A DNA stretch of 64,000 nt from Patescibacteria group bacterium (GCA_049319825.1 JBMORT010000006.1:299641-363640), one strand, 5' to 3'. Numbered from the stretch's first letter, positions 1 through 12,729 are shown. The notes: a model not told the origin generated them from the sequence alone. Made by a program: numbers and translations.

Positions 1-2011
1 AAAACTGGGTCTTTACACTCTGCAGGACCTGCTTTTTAATTTTCCGTTTCGCTATGACGATTTTACTTCCGTGCGGAGTATCGCGGACTTGGCGCCGAAT
101 GAAATGGCAACAATTAAAGTAAAAATCGACTTGATCGCCAATCGAAGAAGTCCGCGCCAGCGGAAAAATATTACAGAGGCGGTCGTTTCAGATGATACCG
201 GCCAGCTTAATGTGGTTTGGTTTAATCAGCCTTTCCTGGCCAAAATTTTACCGGTGGGCAGTGAGGTTTATCTGGCCGGCAAAGTGCAGGATAATTATCA
301 TTTGCAAATGGTCAGCCCGTTTTATGAAAAAGTTTCTGGTTACAGCACTTTGACTTCTCGATTGCAGCCGGTTTATACGCTGACCGGCCGCTTGACTCAA
401 AAGCAGTTCAGGTACTGGGTCAAGCAGGCATTGCCTTTGGCTAAAGAATTGAAAGAATTTTTACCTGCTGAATTGATTAATCGGCCTTCGCCAGGGCTTC
501 GGCCGACAAGAAAAAATAATTTTTTGGGAATCAGCGAAGCGATTGAAAATATTCATTTTCCCAAGTCAAAAGAATTGCTTGAAAAATCCAGGAACCGGTT
601 GAAGTTTGACGAATTATTTTTAATCCAGCTGAAAATTCAGCAGTACCGCGAGCAATTGGCCAAGGCCGAGTCGCCGAAAGTTAAATTTTTAGAAAAAGCG
701 ACAAAAGATTTTGTGTCCAAGCTGCCGTTTACTTTAACTGACGATCAAAAAAAAGCGGCTTGGGAAATATTGCTTGATTTGGATAAAGAAAAGCCAATGA
801 ATCGCCTGCTCGAAGGCGATGTCGGATCCGGAAAAACAATTGTGGTCGGATTGGCAATATTAAACACGGCACTGAACGGATTTCAGAGCGCGCTCATGGC
901 GCCCACGGAAATTTTGGCCCAGCAGCATTTTGAAAGCCTTTCCAAGTTTCTGTCGCCTAAAGTTAAAGTGGCTTTGCTGACCCGGGCCGATAAGCGGATT
1001 TACGGCCAGGAAAAGGCGAGCAAAAAGGAAATTTTGGACGGCCTGCTCAGCGGCGAAATTGATTTGGTAATTGGCACGCATGCTTTAATTACCGAAGAAG
1101 TTAAAATTAAAGATTTGGCATTGGTGGTCGTTGACGAGCAGCATCGATTCGGAGTCGAGCAAAGGAAAAAACTGGTTGAAACCGGCGTTAATTTAGTGCC
1201 GCACTTTTTATCGCTGACCGCCACTCCGATTCCAAGATCTTTAGTTTTAACTTTGTACGGCGACTTGGATTTGTCGATTATCAAAGAAAAGCCAAAGGGC
1301 CGAAAGCCGATCATTACCAAAATGGTCACTGAAAATCAGCGGCCGCAGGCTTATAAGTTTATAAAAGAAAAAGTCTCTGAAGGCCAGCAGGTTTTTGTCA
1401 TTTGCCCGTTGATTGAGGAAAGCGATAAACTGGGAGTTAAAAGCGTGACTCAAGAATATGAAAAATTAACCAAGCATATTTTCCCGGATTTAAAAATCGC
1501 CATGCTGCACGGCAAGATGAAGTCAAGAGAAAAAGACGAAATCATGCAAGAATTCAAAAATAAAAAATTCGATATTTTAGTATCGACTTCAGTGATCGAA
1601 GTGGGCGTTGACGTGCCTAATGCGACGATCATGGCCATTGAAGGCGCCAATCGGTTCGGTCTGGCGCAGCTGCACCAGTTCCGCGGCCGCGTGGGCAGGG
1701 GAGAGGCGCAGTCATATTGCTTTTTATTCGGCGAGAATTTGAATGATATCGCGTTTAAGCGCCTGAAAGCTTTGGAAAAATATAATGACGGCTTTAAGCT
1801 GGCGGAAATGGACTTGGAACTGCGCGGCCCGGGCGAAGTGTACGGCACGCGGCAATCAGGTCTGCCTGATTTAAAGATCGCCAGTCTGACAGATATTGAA
1901 TTGATTAAAAAAGCGCAGGCAGAGGCGATGGAATATGTAAAGCGATTGAATGAATTTGAAAATTTAAAAAATAAGATGGAAGGGATGGAAGTGGCGCTGC
2001 ATTTTGAATAG
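1..2011 (+). CDS. recG: ATP-dependent DNA helicase RecG (5' end beyond window; frame open from nt 2)
   Basis: Helicase motifs GDVGSGKT and DEQHRFGV; RecG-length domain order; the reading frame continues upstream of the first ATG to the window edge. Confidence 0.9.
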   Translation, partial: KLGLYTLQDLLFNFPFRYDDFTSVRSIADLAPNEMATIKVKIDLIANRRSPRQRKNITEAVVSDDTGQLNVVWFNQPFLAKILPVGSEVYLAGKVQDNYHLQMVSPFYEKVSGYSTLTSRLQPVYTLTGRLTQKQFRYWVKQALPLAKELKEFLPAELINRPSPGLRPTRKNNFLGISEAIENIHFPKSKELLEKSRNRLKFDELFLIQLKIQQYREQLAKAESPKVKFLEKATKDFVSKLPFTLTDDQKKAAWEILLDLDKEKPMNRLLEGDVGSGKTIVVGLAILNTALNGFQSALMAPTEILAQQHFESLSKFLSPKVKVALLTRADKRIYGQEKASKKEILDGLLSGEIDLVIGTHALITEEVKIKDLALVVVDEQHRFGVEQRKKLVETGVNLVPHFLSLTATPIPRSLVLTLYGDLDLSIIKEKPKGRKPIITKMVTENQRPQAYKFIKEKVSEGQQVFVICPLIEESDKLGVKSVTQEYEKLTKHIFPDLKIAMLHGKMKSREKDEIMQEFKNKKFDILVSTSVIEVGVDVPNATIMAIEGANRFGLAQLHQFRGRVGRGEAQSYCFLFGENLNDIAFKRLKALEKYNDGFKLAEMDLELRGPGEVYGTRQSGLPDLKIASLTDIELIKKAQAEAMEYVKRLNEFENLKNKMEGMEVALHFE

Positions 2012-2084
2012 CGCGGGCGGCACCGCCCTGTAGGAACACAAAATTTTGTGTTCCTACAACGGACAGACGTCCGTGCCCGCGCCG

Positions 2085-2690
2085 TCATTTTTTCGAAACA
2101 AACGGGTTCCCTTTGATATAAAACCGCCATTTCTTTTTCGCATATTCTCCGGCATAGTCTACTCCGATGCGAGTTGATTTAACAATTTGAGAAGGCTTAA
2201 TTTTTTCACCCCATTCCAGAGAGAGGGGTTTTTTGTTTAGAGGATGATCGTTTAGATTTTTATCGATGGCAAAGGCTTGGCAGAATTTGCCAGGACCGTT
2301 TGTTAGATTCGAAAGGCGAGATGCGACATGCGAAATGCGAGATGAAAGTTTTCGGTTTTTGATCATTTGGTCAATGCCGGCGATTGGTTCAACGGCACGA
2401 ATTAAAACCGCGGCCGGATAGTCTTTGGCTTCAGTGACGATATTAAAGCAATAATTGAGGCCGTAAACAAGATAAATGTAAGAATATCCCGGCGGGCCGA
2501 ACATGATTTTCGTGCGCTCGGTTTTGCCGCGCGAAGCATGGGAGGCCAGATCTTTAGGCCCGACATAACTTTCTGTTTCCACAATTTTGCCGATTAGTTT
2601 TTTCCCCTTGTATTCGCGAATAATAAATTGACCCAATAAAGACCGGGCAACTATCAAGGTATTTTGATTATAGAAGGTTAAAGGAATCAT
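2085..2690 (-). CDS. mpg: DNA-3-methyladenine glycosylase (MPG/AAG family)
   Basis: ETESYVGPKDLASHASRGKT motif typical of the methylpurine glycosylase family; ~200 aa. Confidence 0.8.
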   Translation of the reverse strand: MIPLTFYNQNTLIVARSLLGQFIIREYKGKKLIGKIVETESYVGPKDLASHASRGKTERTKIMFGPPGYSYIYLVYGLNYCFNIVTEAKDYPAAVLIRAVEPIAGIDQMIKNRKLSSRISHVASRLSNLTNGPGKFCQAFAIDKNLNDHPLNKKPLSLEWGEKIKPSQIVKSTRIGVDYAGEYAKKKWRFYIKGNPFVSKK

Positions 2691-2818
2691 CGCCGTTTGA
2701 AATTCTAAATTCTAATCTCTAAATCCTAAACAATTTTCAAATTTTTAAAATCCAAATATATAAAATATTTTTAGAATTTTGAACATTTGAACATTAGAAT
2801 TTGTTTCGAGTTTAGGAT

Positions 2819-4141
2819 TTATAATAATTGCACTCCTTCCGAAATCGTCTTTATGGCGCTGATTTTCATCTTGCCCTCGTATTTGGTGCCAAAAGGCACG
2901 ATAGCGGCCTCAAAACCCAATTTTTCGCCTTCTTTGAGGCGTTTTTCAGCCTGTTTTACAGCTCTGACCTCACCGGCCAGGCCCACTTCGCCGAAAACCA
3001 GAGTCTTGGGATTGAGTGTTTGGTTTGACAAAGCAGAGGCGCAGGACAGAGCGACCGCCAAGTCCAAAGCGGTTTCTTTTATTTTAAATCCGCCGGTAAC
3101 ATTGAGGTGAACATCCTGGTTGTTGAAGTTTAGGTTGGCGCGCCTGGTTAAGACTGCCAAAAGAAGCTGCAACCGATTTAAATCATAGCCGCTTGATTTT
3201 CTTTGCGGATATCCGAACACAGTTTGGTTCACCAGCGCCTGGACTTCGACTAAAAAGCATCGCGATCCTTCAATGGCTGCGCTGGTCACTGTGCCGGCAA
3301 CATCAATCGGAGCAGGGGAGAGAAATATTTTTGACGGATTTTCGACAATTTGCAAACCTTGTCCGGTCATTTCAAAAATCAATAATTCATTTGTTGAGCC
3401 AAACCTATTTTTTATTGACCTTAAAATTCTCAAATCGGAATTTCGCTCGCCTTCGAGATAAAACACGGCGTCAACCAAATGCTCGAGCGTTTTCGGGCCG
3501 GCAATGGCGCCGTCTTTGGTAATATGGCCGATTAAAATTAAGGCAATGTTTTTCTTTTTCGCCAATTCCAAAAGTTTTACCGCAATGGATTTGATCTGGG
3601 AAATATTTCCGGGCTCGCCTTCGATTTCCGATGAATAAATTGTCTGAATCGAATCAATGATGGCGATTTTCGGATTGGAAGTTTCCAAATGGTAAAGAAT
3701 ATCTTCAAGCGAATTGGTATTTAAAATTTTTAAGTTGCTGATGCTCAATCTTTGGGCACGCAATTTTATTTGTTGCGCAGACTCTTCGCCACTGACATAA
3801 AGCGAGTCTTGGTTGAACTTGCTTAAAAGCTGAAGCGTAATCGTGGACTTGCCAATGCCCGGCTCACCGCCAATTAAAAGAAGGCTGCCTTCCACCAGCC
3901 CCCCTCCGAGAAATTGATCAAAGTCCGGCAAGCCGGATTTCATCCGCTCCAGCTTAATATTGTCTATTTCAGCGAGTGAAACAATCTTAGATTCCATTTT
4001 GCCTACTGCCTTCTGCCCACCTGCCTGCCGGTCAGGCAGGCTGCCTACTGCCTTTTCGATTGTTCCCCAAGCCTGGCACTCGGGACAGCGTCCGGACCAT
4101 TTTGTAAATTGCGAATCGCATTTGGAGCAGGTGTAGAGCAT
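2819..4141 (-). CDS. radA: DNA repair protein RadA/Sms
   Basis: N-terminal C4 zinc finger (CSKCDSQ...CPECQAW), Walker A GEPGIGKST, KNRFG motif, Lon-like C-terminus. Confidence 0.9.
   Translation of the reverse strand: MLYTCSKCDSQFTKWSGRCPECQAWGTIEKAVGSLPDRQAGGQKAVGKMESKIVSLAEIDNIKLERMKSGLPDFDQFLGGGLVEGSLLLIGGEPGIGKSTITLQLLSKFNQDSLYVSGEESAQQIKLRAQRLSISNLKILNTNSLEDILYHLETSNPKIAIIDSIQTIYSSEIEGEPGNISQIKSIAVKLLELAKKKNIALILIGHITKDGAIAGPKTLEHLVDAVFYLEGERNSDLRILRSIKNRFGSTNELLIFEMTGQGLQIVENPSKIFLSPAPIDVAGTVTSAAIEGSRCFLVEVQALVNQTVFGYPQRKSSGYDLNRLQLLLAVLTRRANLNFNNQDVHLNVTGGFKIKETALDLAVALSCASALSNQTLNPKTLVFGEVGLAGEVRAVKQAEKRLKEGEKLGFEAAIVPFGTKYEGKMKISAIKTISEGVQLL
3999..4052. repeat. Palindromic repeat (CCTGCCTGCCGGTCAGGCAGG core, CTACTGCC flanks), inserted in-frame in the radA linker
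   Basis: Near-identical copies at 56641-56692 and 58685-58798; variant at 31664-31702. Confidence 0.8.
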
Positions 4142-4149
4142 ATATATAA

Positions 4150-5835
4150 TTAAGGCCCGAAAATTTTATCTGCTAATTCTTTGACTCTGTTAGCATAGGT
4201 CGGGTAAAATTTGCACCAGGCGGTGTCGGGATAGTCAGCGGCATTAAATCCGAGCTTTGACCAATCAAAATTTCTCGGATCGCTGTGGACCCCTCCTTGA
4301 CAGTGGGCGACGACCCTGACTCCGGGAATTCTAGCCCTGATATTGGCGATTAAAATGTTTAATGAGGCGTATTGAGCATCGGTTTTTGAGGGGGTGCATC
4401 TGTTTATGGCGTATGCTTTGTCGTTAGCGTGCTTGGCGCAAGGATAATTACCTGCCTGGCATTCTTTCAGACAATCGGATATCTTGCTGTAAATAAAAGA
4501 TGAAGGTAGATCATTTTCTAGGTCTACGCCGATGCCAGCTGAATTATATTGTTGAGCGTGAATGGCGACTTTTTCTTCACCCATTGTTTGGTATATAGCA
4601 CCGCTTCTGTTTATTGTGTAATGAGAAGCAGGACAGTCTTTGTATCCTTTTTCCTCGCAACGTTTTGTCCAATTGCTCACATTGCGAGCGGCACCGGCGC
4701 CATCATGCAAAACAATGTATTTAATTTGGCTGATGTTTCTTTGTCTGACAGCGTTGCAGTCCAGCTGTCCTAAGTAGGAGGTATTACCGGCCCCCGACGG
4801 TTTGCTTGCTTTTGTCGGGTCAGTGCATTTTGCCGGCTGAGTGGCTATCTGAGAGGAGGGATCTACTTGCATGCCTGGAGGGATAATTGCGGCTTCTTCT
4901 GCTTCTTTGAATGATTCTTGCCAAGCTAGTTCTTCCTTATCGATCTCTTCAATTTGAATCGCCCCTAGTCTCGTTAGCTCCGGACTGATTAAATTTAATA
5001 TCATATAAGCGCTGGCCAAGATCACCACTCCGGAAATCGCGCCGATGATGAAATTTTTCGCCTGGCCGATTCGTTGAGGATTCCCCGCGGATGTCAGGTA
5101 TAAAAAGCCGGCAATAATTACCATAGCAATGGCTAAAATGGACGCTAAGCCGATTGAGTATTTGTAGATAGCGACTATGTATTGAGCGATCCAGGGAACG
5201 TCTATTTTTCCGGTGCCGGTCGTGGTCACCTGAATGTCAGTTAAGTCTAGTCCCGGAATCAACACGCTCGGCTCATACGGTTTTTGCGTAATAGTCTGCG
5301 TGGCTGGCGCTGTCGGTACCGGCGGTGCCACGGTCAATCCCGTTTCGGTTACGGATCCTGCCAACGCGCCGGTTCCTTTCGCCGTTTGGCAGTAATTCAA
5401 ACATTCATCAGGCGCGTTTTGCCCCGTTATTTGTATTGGCAGAAGCACAGAGTTACGGCAAAAGCAGAACATGCAGGTATTTTGCTCTTTACAGCCGATC
5501 ACTGAGTTTTGGCAAGGGGTATAACATTCATTGTTTTCGCTATATTTGAATAAATTGGAGCAGTTGCAAATTTTATAAATGTCAGTGCCGCTCGACTGCG
5601 GAGTTTCCGGCGGAGAGCAGCTTTCATCGCATTGAATCAAATTATCCGACGGATATGTCCGGCCGTCTGCGCATTGGCAGACTTTTGATCCCACTGTTTG
5701 ATTCTGACAGGCAAGCGCGCAGTCGCCCGAAGGGGTCGCCGTGCATTCGCAAAGTAAATTGACGGCTCGCGCGGATGAAGCGTTTAATATCAAAAATAAA
5801 GCGGCGATAAAAAGCAATGAAAGAACTTTTCTCAT
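4150..5835 (-). CDS. Secreted Cys-rich protein with a VirB2/TrbC-like TM hairpin and a C-terminal N-acetylmuramoyl-L-alanine amidase (Amidase_2/PGRP) domain
   Basis: Signal peptide; Cys-rich N-terminus; Pro/Thr linker; TM hairpin (AGFLYLTSAGNPQRIGQAK...); Amidase_2 motifs HYTINRSGAIYQ and AHCQGGVHSDPRNFDW. Confidence 0.6.
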   Translation of the reverse strand: MRKVLSLLFIAALFLILNASSARAVNLLCECTATPSGDCALACQNQTVGSKVCQCADGRTYPSDNLIQCDESCSPPETPQSSGTDIYKICNCSNLFKYSENNECYTPCQNSVIGCKEQNTCMFCFCRNSVLLPIQITGQNAPDECLNYCQTAKGTGALAGSVTETGLTVAPPVPTAPATQTITQKPYEPSVLIPGLDLTDIQVTTTGTGKIDVPWIAQYIVAIYKYSIGLASILAIAMVIIAGFLYLTSAGNPQRIGQAKNFIIGAISGVVILASAYMILNLISPELTRLGAIQIEEIDKEELAWQESFKEAEEAAIIPPGMQVDPSSQIATQPAKCTDPTKASKPSGAGNTSYLGQLDCNAVRQRNISQIKYIVLHDGAGAARNVSNWTKRCEEKGYKDCPASHYTINRSGAIYQTMGEEKVAIHAQQYNSAGIGVDLENDLPSSFIYSKISDCLKECQAGNYPCAKHANDKAYAINRCTPSKTDAQYASLNILIANIRARIPGVRVVAHCQGGVHSDPRNFDWSKLGFNAADYPDTAWCKFYPTYANRVKELADKIFGP

Positions 5836-5842
5836 ATTTGTT

Positions 5843-7102
5843 TTATTTGAGCTGAATATAATTCAAACTGCCGGTGTTTTTATCTTTGAAGTAAAGATAC
5901 TTGCCGTCTTGCGAAACGTTCATCGAATCAATGGTATAAGCCAGCTCCGGCTCGGCGAGGATGGTTTTCGCGCCTGAATTCAGGTCGATTTTATAAATAT
6001 AATCGGGAATATCGTTTGCGATCGATGGCTGAAAACCGGCGTTTTCCGACAAATATTTGGGAACAGCGCAATACATTGTGCCGGCGCCCTGAAAGGTGCA
6101 TTTATCTATCCAGGTATTCAGATTCAATGAATTGTTGTTGTAGCCGATTCGATCACCATACGCGTCAACGATGTGCAGCACCGGTTTATTGTCGCTTTCC
6201 GCATCGTAGGAGTTATAAATCATTCTTTTACCGTCCGGCACCCACATGGCTTGCACGCCAAATCCTTTGGCTTCAATGGTTTGAAAATTTTCATTATTTT
6301 GTCCGATTAAGTAAATGGAAGTTGTCGTCGAATCTTTGGCTTTATAGTAGGTGGCGACGACATGGCCGCTAGCGGACCAATTGGGTTCCACGCGAGCGCT
6401 CTTATCGAGCAGGGGCTCGATATATTTTTGAGCTGACCCGTCCGGATTGGCTATCGCCAGCCAGTTGTAATCCAAATTTAAGTTTATGTCTTTAAACGCG
6501 ATTTTGGTGCCATCACCATTGAATGTGAAATCCTGCCAAGACTTGGGTAGCGTCGATTGTTTTTTCGTTTTAAAATCATAAAGAATGTTCGTGCCGTCCG
6601 GAAATTCTAAAATCGCTTGATTGCCTTTGGGATCCCAAGAAACATTTTCAACGTTTGGATAACTAATGTTGGATATCTTGGTCAGCGTGCCGAATGGATT
6701 TATTTCATAAAAGAATCCGTCCTGCCGATTGTAGATGAAGGGATTGGTCTGACCTTGAGCGACTGAGGCCGACAATACGTTGTTGGCATGATTAATGGTG
6801 ACTTTGGTGACCCCGCCTCGGGCAATGGTTGATGGCGTGACCGGCGCTTCGATTTTGGTCACTGCGGCGGTGGGAGTGACGGGTAATGCTCCTTCTTCAC
6901 CCGGTTGAATCACTTGGCCGGCCGGAGTTTCGCCGGGAACCGCGGGCAGGCCGCCGGGAATCGTCGGTTCCGACGGTATTGGCGCTTCTTCGGCCGGCGC
7001 TTTGAAAAATAAATAGTAAATGCCAAATCCGGCGCCGGTGGCAATGGCCGCGATAGCCACGCCAATGGCGATTTTTTTAAGAGGCAAGGTTGATAAATCC
7101 AT
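5843..7102 (-). CDS. Membrane-anchored beta-propeller protein (TolB/PD40-like)
   Basis: N-terminal TM helix, Pro-rich linker, repeated beta-propeller-like segments. Confidence 0.45.
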   Translation of the reverse strand: MDLSTLPLKKIAIGVAIAAIATGAGFGIYYLFFKAPAEEAPIPSEPTIPGGLPAVPGETPAGQVIQPGEEGALPVTPTAAVTKIEAPVTPSTIARGGVTKVTINHANNVLSASVAQGQTNPFIYNRQDGFFYEINPFGTLTKISNISYPNVENVSWDPKGNQAILEFPDGTNILYDFKTKKQSTLPKSWQDFTFNGDGTKIAFKDINLNLDYNWLAIANPDGSAQKYIEPLLDKSARVEPNWSASGHVVATYYKAKDSTTTSIYLIGQNNENFQTIEAKGFGVQAMWVPDGKRMIYNSYDAESDNKPVLHIVDAYGDRIGYNNNSLNLNTWIDKCTFQGAGTMYCAVPKYLSENAGFQPSIANDIPDYIYKIDLNSGAKTILAEPELAYTIDSMNVSQDGKYLYFKDKNTGSLNYIQLK

Positions 7103-7173
7103 AGTATTTTATATTAAAGGTGAAATTTTTTATTGTTTTATCCGGAGAGTCTGCATATTTTTAGAAACCGACG

Positions 7174-7874
7174 CTAGAGTAATCCCACAAAGTTTAATAT
7201 AATCAGGACGATCAGCAGCATGAAAACAAACCACCAACAACAAGGGTTGCAGCAGGTTGCGGGAGCCAGTGCGCTGATTATCTGCGCCAGCCGTTTAGCC
7301 AGTTTTTTCAATTGATCGGCAACATCTCCGGCTTCGCCTTCGCCCGCTGGCGCGCTGCCGCGAAATCCGATTCTGGAAATTAAGCCACGACCGTCCGATT
7401 CGGGCGCGCCGCCGCCGGCCACCGACTTTTTGGGTTTCTCGCCCGCACCGATATCAGTCCGTGCAGTTTTTTTGGCCGCGGCTTTTTCGCGGCGCAATTC
7501 ATCGGCTTTTCGCGCTTCTTCCATTTTTTCCGGCTCGTATGACGGCGCTATTCCCGGGGCGGCTTCGCTCGGCGCCGGCCGCTCCGGAGACGAGGGAGTC
7601 GGCCGCTCGGCGGCGCTCATCGGCGCGCTGCCCGGCGGCCCGGCTTGCTCGGGACGCTGGGCTTCGGTGCCGGGTTTTTGAATGCCCGGTTCCCGTTCAG
7701 TCTCACCGGGTGCTGTTTGTTCTTGTCCTGCTTCCGGCGGCGGCTCAGATTCAGTGGCGTTGGCTGCTTGTTCCTGGCGCCCTCTCCGAAGATTTGGCAT
7801 TGGCGCGTCCGGCCTGGTCTGAAGCCCTTTTGCGCTGAATGAGCCTGATTTTTTATTTGATTTTTTTTCTGCCA

Positions 7875-7875
<1 letters not shown>
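7174..7875 (-). CDS. Intrinsically disordered Pro/Ala/Glu-rich protein with a C-terminal TM anchor (CCNPCCWW...), start overlapping the clpC stop (TAATG)
   Basis: Low-complexity composition; single C-terminal hydrophobic helix; its ATG overlaps the upstream clpC stop by 1 nt. Confidence 0.5.
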
Positions 7876-10307
<2,432 letters not shown>

Positions 10308-10547
10308 AATGGTTACAAATTACAAATCGGAATACAGAGGTTACAAATGGTTACGAATTTACGAATCGTAAGTATAAGTCAAAAGTTGAAAAAGGGAAAA
10401 GGCAAAAGGTGAATTTCTGATTTATAATTTCTATTAAATTTTTAATGATTAAATGTCTAATGAAACAATTGAATCATTAAAAGTTAGACATCAATCGTTC
10501 AATAAAAATTGAAATTAGAAATTAAAAATTAAATACTTTTTTGTACG

Positions 10548-11444
10548 TCAATAATTTCTTTCCATGCCGCGCAGACGATTGATTCGATCTTCGATCGGAG
10601 GATGGGTGGAAAAAAGTTTCGACATGAATCGTCGGCTGTGAAAATACGGATTGACGAAAAATAAATGGGCGGTGGCATTGCTGGCTTTGATCATCGGCCG
10701 ATCGTAGGCGGAAATTTTTTCCAAAGCGCGAGCCAAGCCTTCAGGATAGCGGGTAAGCAATGCTCCGGAAGCGTCGGCCAGATACTCGCGTCTTCTGGAC
10801 ACGGCCAATTTTATCACTTCCGCGATTATCGGAGAGACCAAGGCCATTATCAATCCGACGATGGCCAATGCCGCGCCGGTTTGATCGTTTCGATCGCGAT
10901 TTCTTCCGCCAAACGAACCGAATCGCAAGAACCAATTGGCCATCAGCGCCACCGTACCCGCCAAAACCAAAACTATCATCATTAAGCGCACATCGTAATT
11001 TTTTATATGTGACAACTCATGAGCGATCACGCCTTCTAGTTCTTCATTCTCCAGCATGTTAATGATTCCGGCGCTCACGGCGATGGCGGCGGTTTCTGGA
11101 TCGCGCCCGGTGGCGAATGCGTTCGGCGCGGGATCATTGATAATGTAAATTTTCGGCATGGGGACGCCTGCGGTGATCGACAAGTTTTCGACCAGCCGCC
11201 ATACATAAGGATTATCCTCCTTGGCGATAGGTCCTTTGGCTCCGGCGGACCATAAAGCCAGCTTATCACCGCGAAAGTATGAGAAAAGCGTCATGGCGAT
11301 TGAAATAATCAACGCGAGAAAAATGAATTCATATAAAAATCCGGTCAAATATCCGAAAATCAACCCGAGCGCTATCATGATCAGAATGAATATGATTATA
11401 AGAACCGCGCTGCGTCTTTTATTGGAATCGATTTGGTTGTACAT
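10548..11444 (-). CDS. htpX: Zinc metalloprotease HtpX (peptidase M48)
   Basis: HELSHIKNYD HExxH motif; N-terminal TM helices. Confidence 0.85.
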   Translation of the reverse strand: MYNQIDSNKRRSAVLIIIFILIMIALGLIFGYLTGFLYEFIFLALIISIAMTLFSYFRGDKLALWSAGAKGPIAKEDNPYVWRLVENLSITAGVPMPKIYIINDPAPNAFATGRDPETAAIAVSAGIINMLENEELEGVIAHELSHIKNYDVRLMMIVLVLAGTVALMANWFLRFGSFGGRNRDRNDQTGAALAIVGLIMALVSPIIAEVIKLAVSRRREYLADASGALLTRYPEGLARALEKISAYDRPMIKASNATAHLFFVNPYFHSRRFMSKLFSTHPPIEDRINRLRGMERNY

Positions 11445-11499
11445 AGGTTAATTGGTCATGGAGCATGGAGCATGAATCATGGATCAATATAATATTTAT

Positions 11500-11866
11500 C
11501 TATTATTTACCATCCATTCCTTCGAGGGTAGACCATAACATGGCGCCAATTTCATCAGCTAATTTTAGAGCTTTACGAAATAATTCCGTATCTTTTATAA
11601 ACCCTTCCTTTTCTGAAAACTCTAATAGATATTCTGATTCCTTTAATGATCCATAAGAGGTTTCAAGAAAATTTTTATATACTTTATTTCTCCTACGCGC
11701 ATAGCCTTCAATATAATTTAATATTACAGATAAAGCAGCTCTTTATTATTTGAGCAATAACCCCATATAATTCCTCTCTTGGGAAATTTCGAGTTACCCG
11801 GTAAATTAAATGAACATATTCGTCCAATTTTTCTCTTAGTTGTTTGTGAAAATTATTTTCCTCCAT
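11500..11866 (-). pseudogene. Degraded four-helix-bundle (TIGR02436-like, IVS-type) protein gene with frameshift/stop
   Basis: Minus-strand frames read MEENNFHKQLRENWTNMFI* and then, in another frame, NIAEGYARR...NFLETSYGSLKESEYLLEF...DEIGAMLW, which are hallmarks of the family; no intact ORF. Confidence 0.45.
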
Positions 11867-11959
11867 ATTGATTAAGCGATGATATGTGCTCCATGAAAAA
11901 AGATCAAACAGGCAAAAGAATTTAACTTTTGCCTGTGAATTATAATGTGAATTTCAATT

Positions 11960-12571
11960 TTACTGCTGATCTGTTTCTTTCGTCGGTTCGGTCGCTGCGG
12001 CCGGAGTCTGCGGTTCTTCCTTAAAGCTGACTTTGACGTTTTTTCTTTCCTCTTCGGCGGCTTCAAAATATTCGAATTTTTTGAACCCCAGCATGCCCGC
12101 GATCATGTTGTTCGGGAAAACTTCGATCTTGGTGTTGAAATCGCGAACATTGCCGTTATAAAATCGGCGCGACGCTTGTATTTTATTTTCGGTGTCTGAC
12201 AATTCATCTTGCAGTTGCAGGAAGTTTTGGTTGGCTTTGAGTTCCGGATAGCTTTCGGCCACCGCGAATAAAGTTTTTAATGTCGCCGACAGCATGTTCT
12301 CCGCTTTGGCTTTTTCTTCCGGAGTGGTGGCTTTCATGGCCATGTTGCGCGCTTCGGTTACTCTCAAGAATGTCTCTTTTTCGTGAGTCGCGTAGCCTTT
12401 GACGGTTTCCACTAAATTCGGAATCAAATCATAGCGTCTTTTTAATTGTACGTCGATGTCCGACCAGGCCTCTTGGGTCCGGTTTCGAAGTTTGATCAAA
12501 CCGTTGTAAACGCCAATCAGCCAAAGCGCCAGCACTGCGACCACCACTAAAATTATATACAATGCGCTCAT
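11960..12571 (-). CDS. lemA: LemA family protein
   Basis: N-terminal TM helix plus the LemA conserved region (NGLIKLRN...DLIPNLVETVKGYA...). Confidence 0.85.
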   Translation of the reverse strand: MSALYIILVVVAVLALWLIGVYNGLIKLRNRTQEAWSDIDVQLKRRYDLIPNLVETVKGYATHEKETFLRVTEARNMAMKATTPEEKAKAENMLSATLKTLFAVAESYPELKANQNFLQLQDELSDTENKIQASRRFYNGNVRDFNTKIEVFPNNMIAGMLGFKKFEYFEAAEEERKNVKVSFKEEPQTPAAATEPTKETDQQ

Positions 12572-12729
12572 AGTTTTCGGTCATAAATCATGAATCATTG
12601 ATCATGGAGCAACTTTTTATTTATTTTGTTGTCCCACGAGGTGATGCATGACTTGTTAATAATTATTTTTTATAATCGTAACATTATTGTATAATAAAAT
12701 AACGATAATGTCAAAAATGATTAATCATA

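Noticed and set aside
1450-2130. 226-aa ORF antisense to the recG 3' region
   Set aside because: It overlaps conserved recG coding sequence and is low-complexity.
11465-12066. Plus-strand ORF 11465-11656 and minus-strand ORF 11872-12066
   Set aside because: Both lie in or abut the degraded four-helix-bundle pseudogene and the AT-rich spacer. They give low-complexity translations and have no Shine-Dalgarno site.
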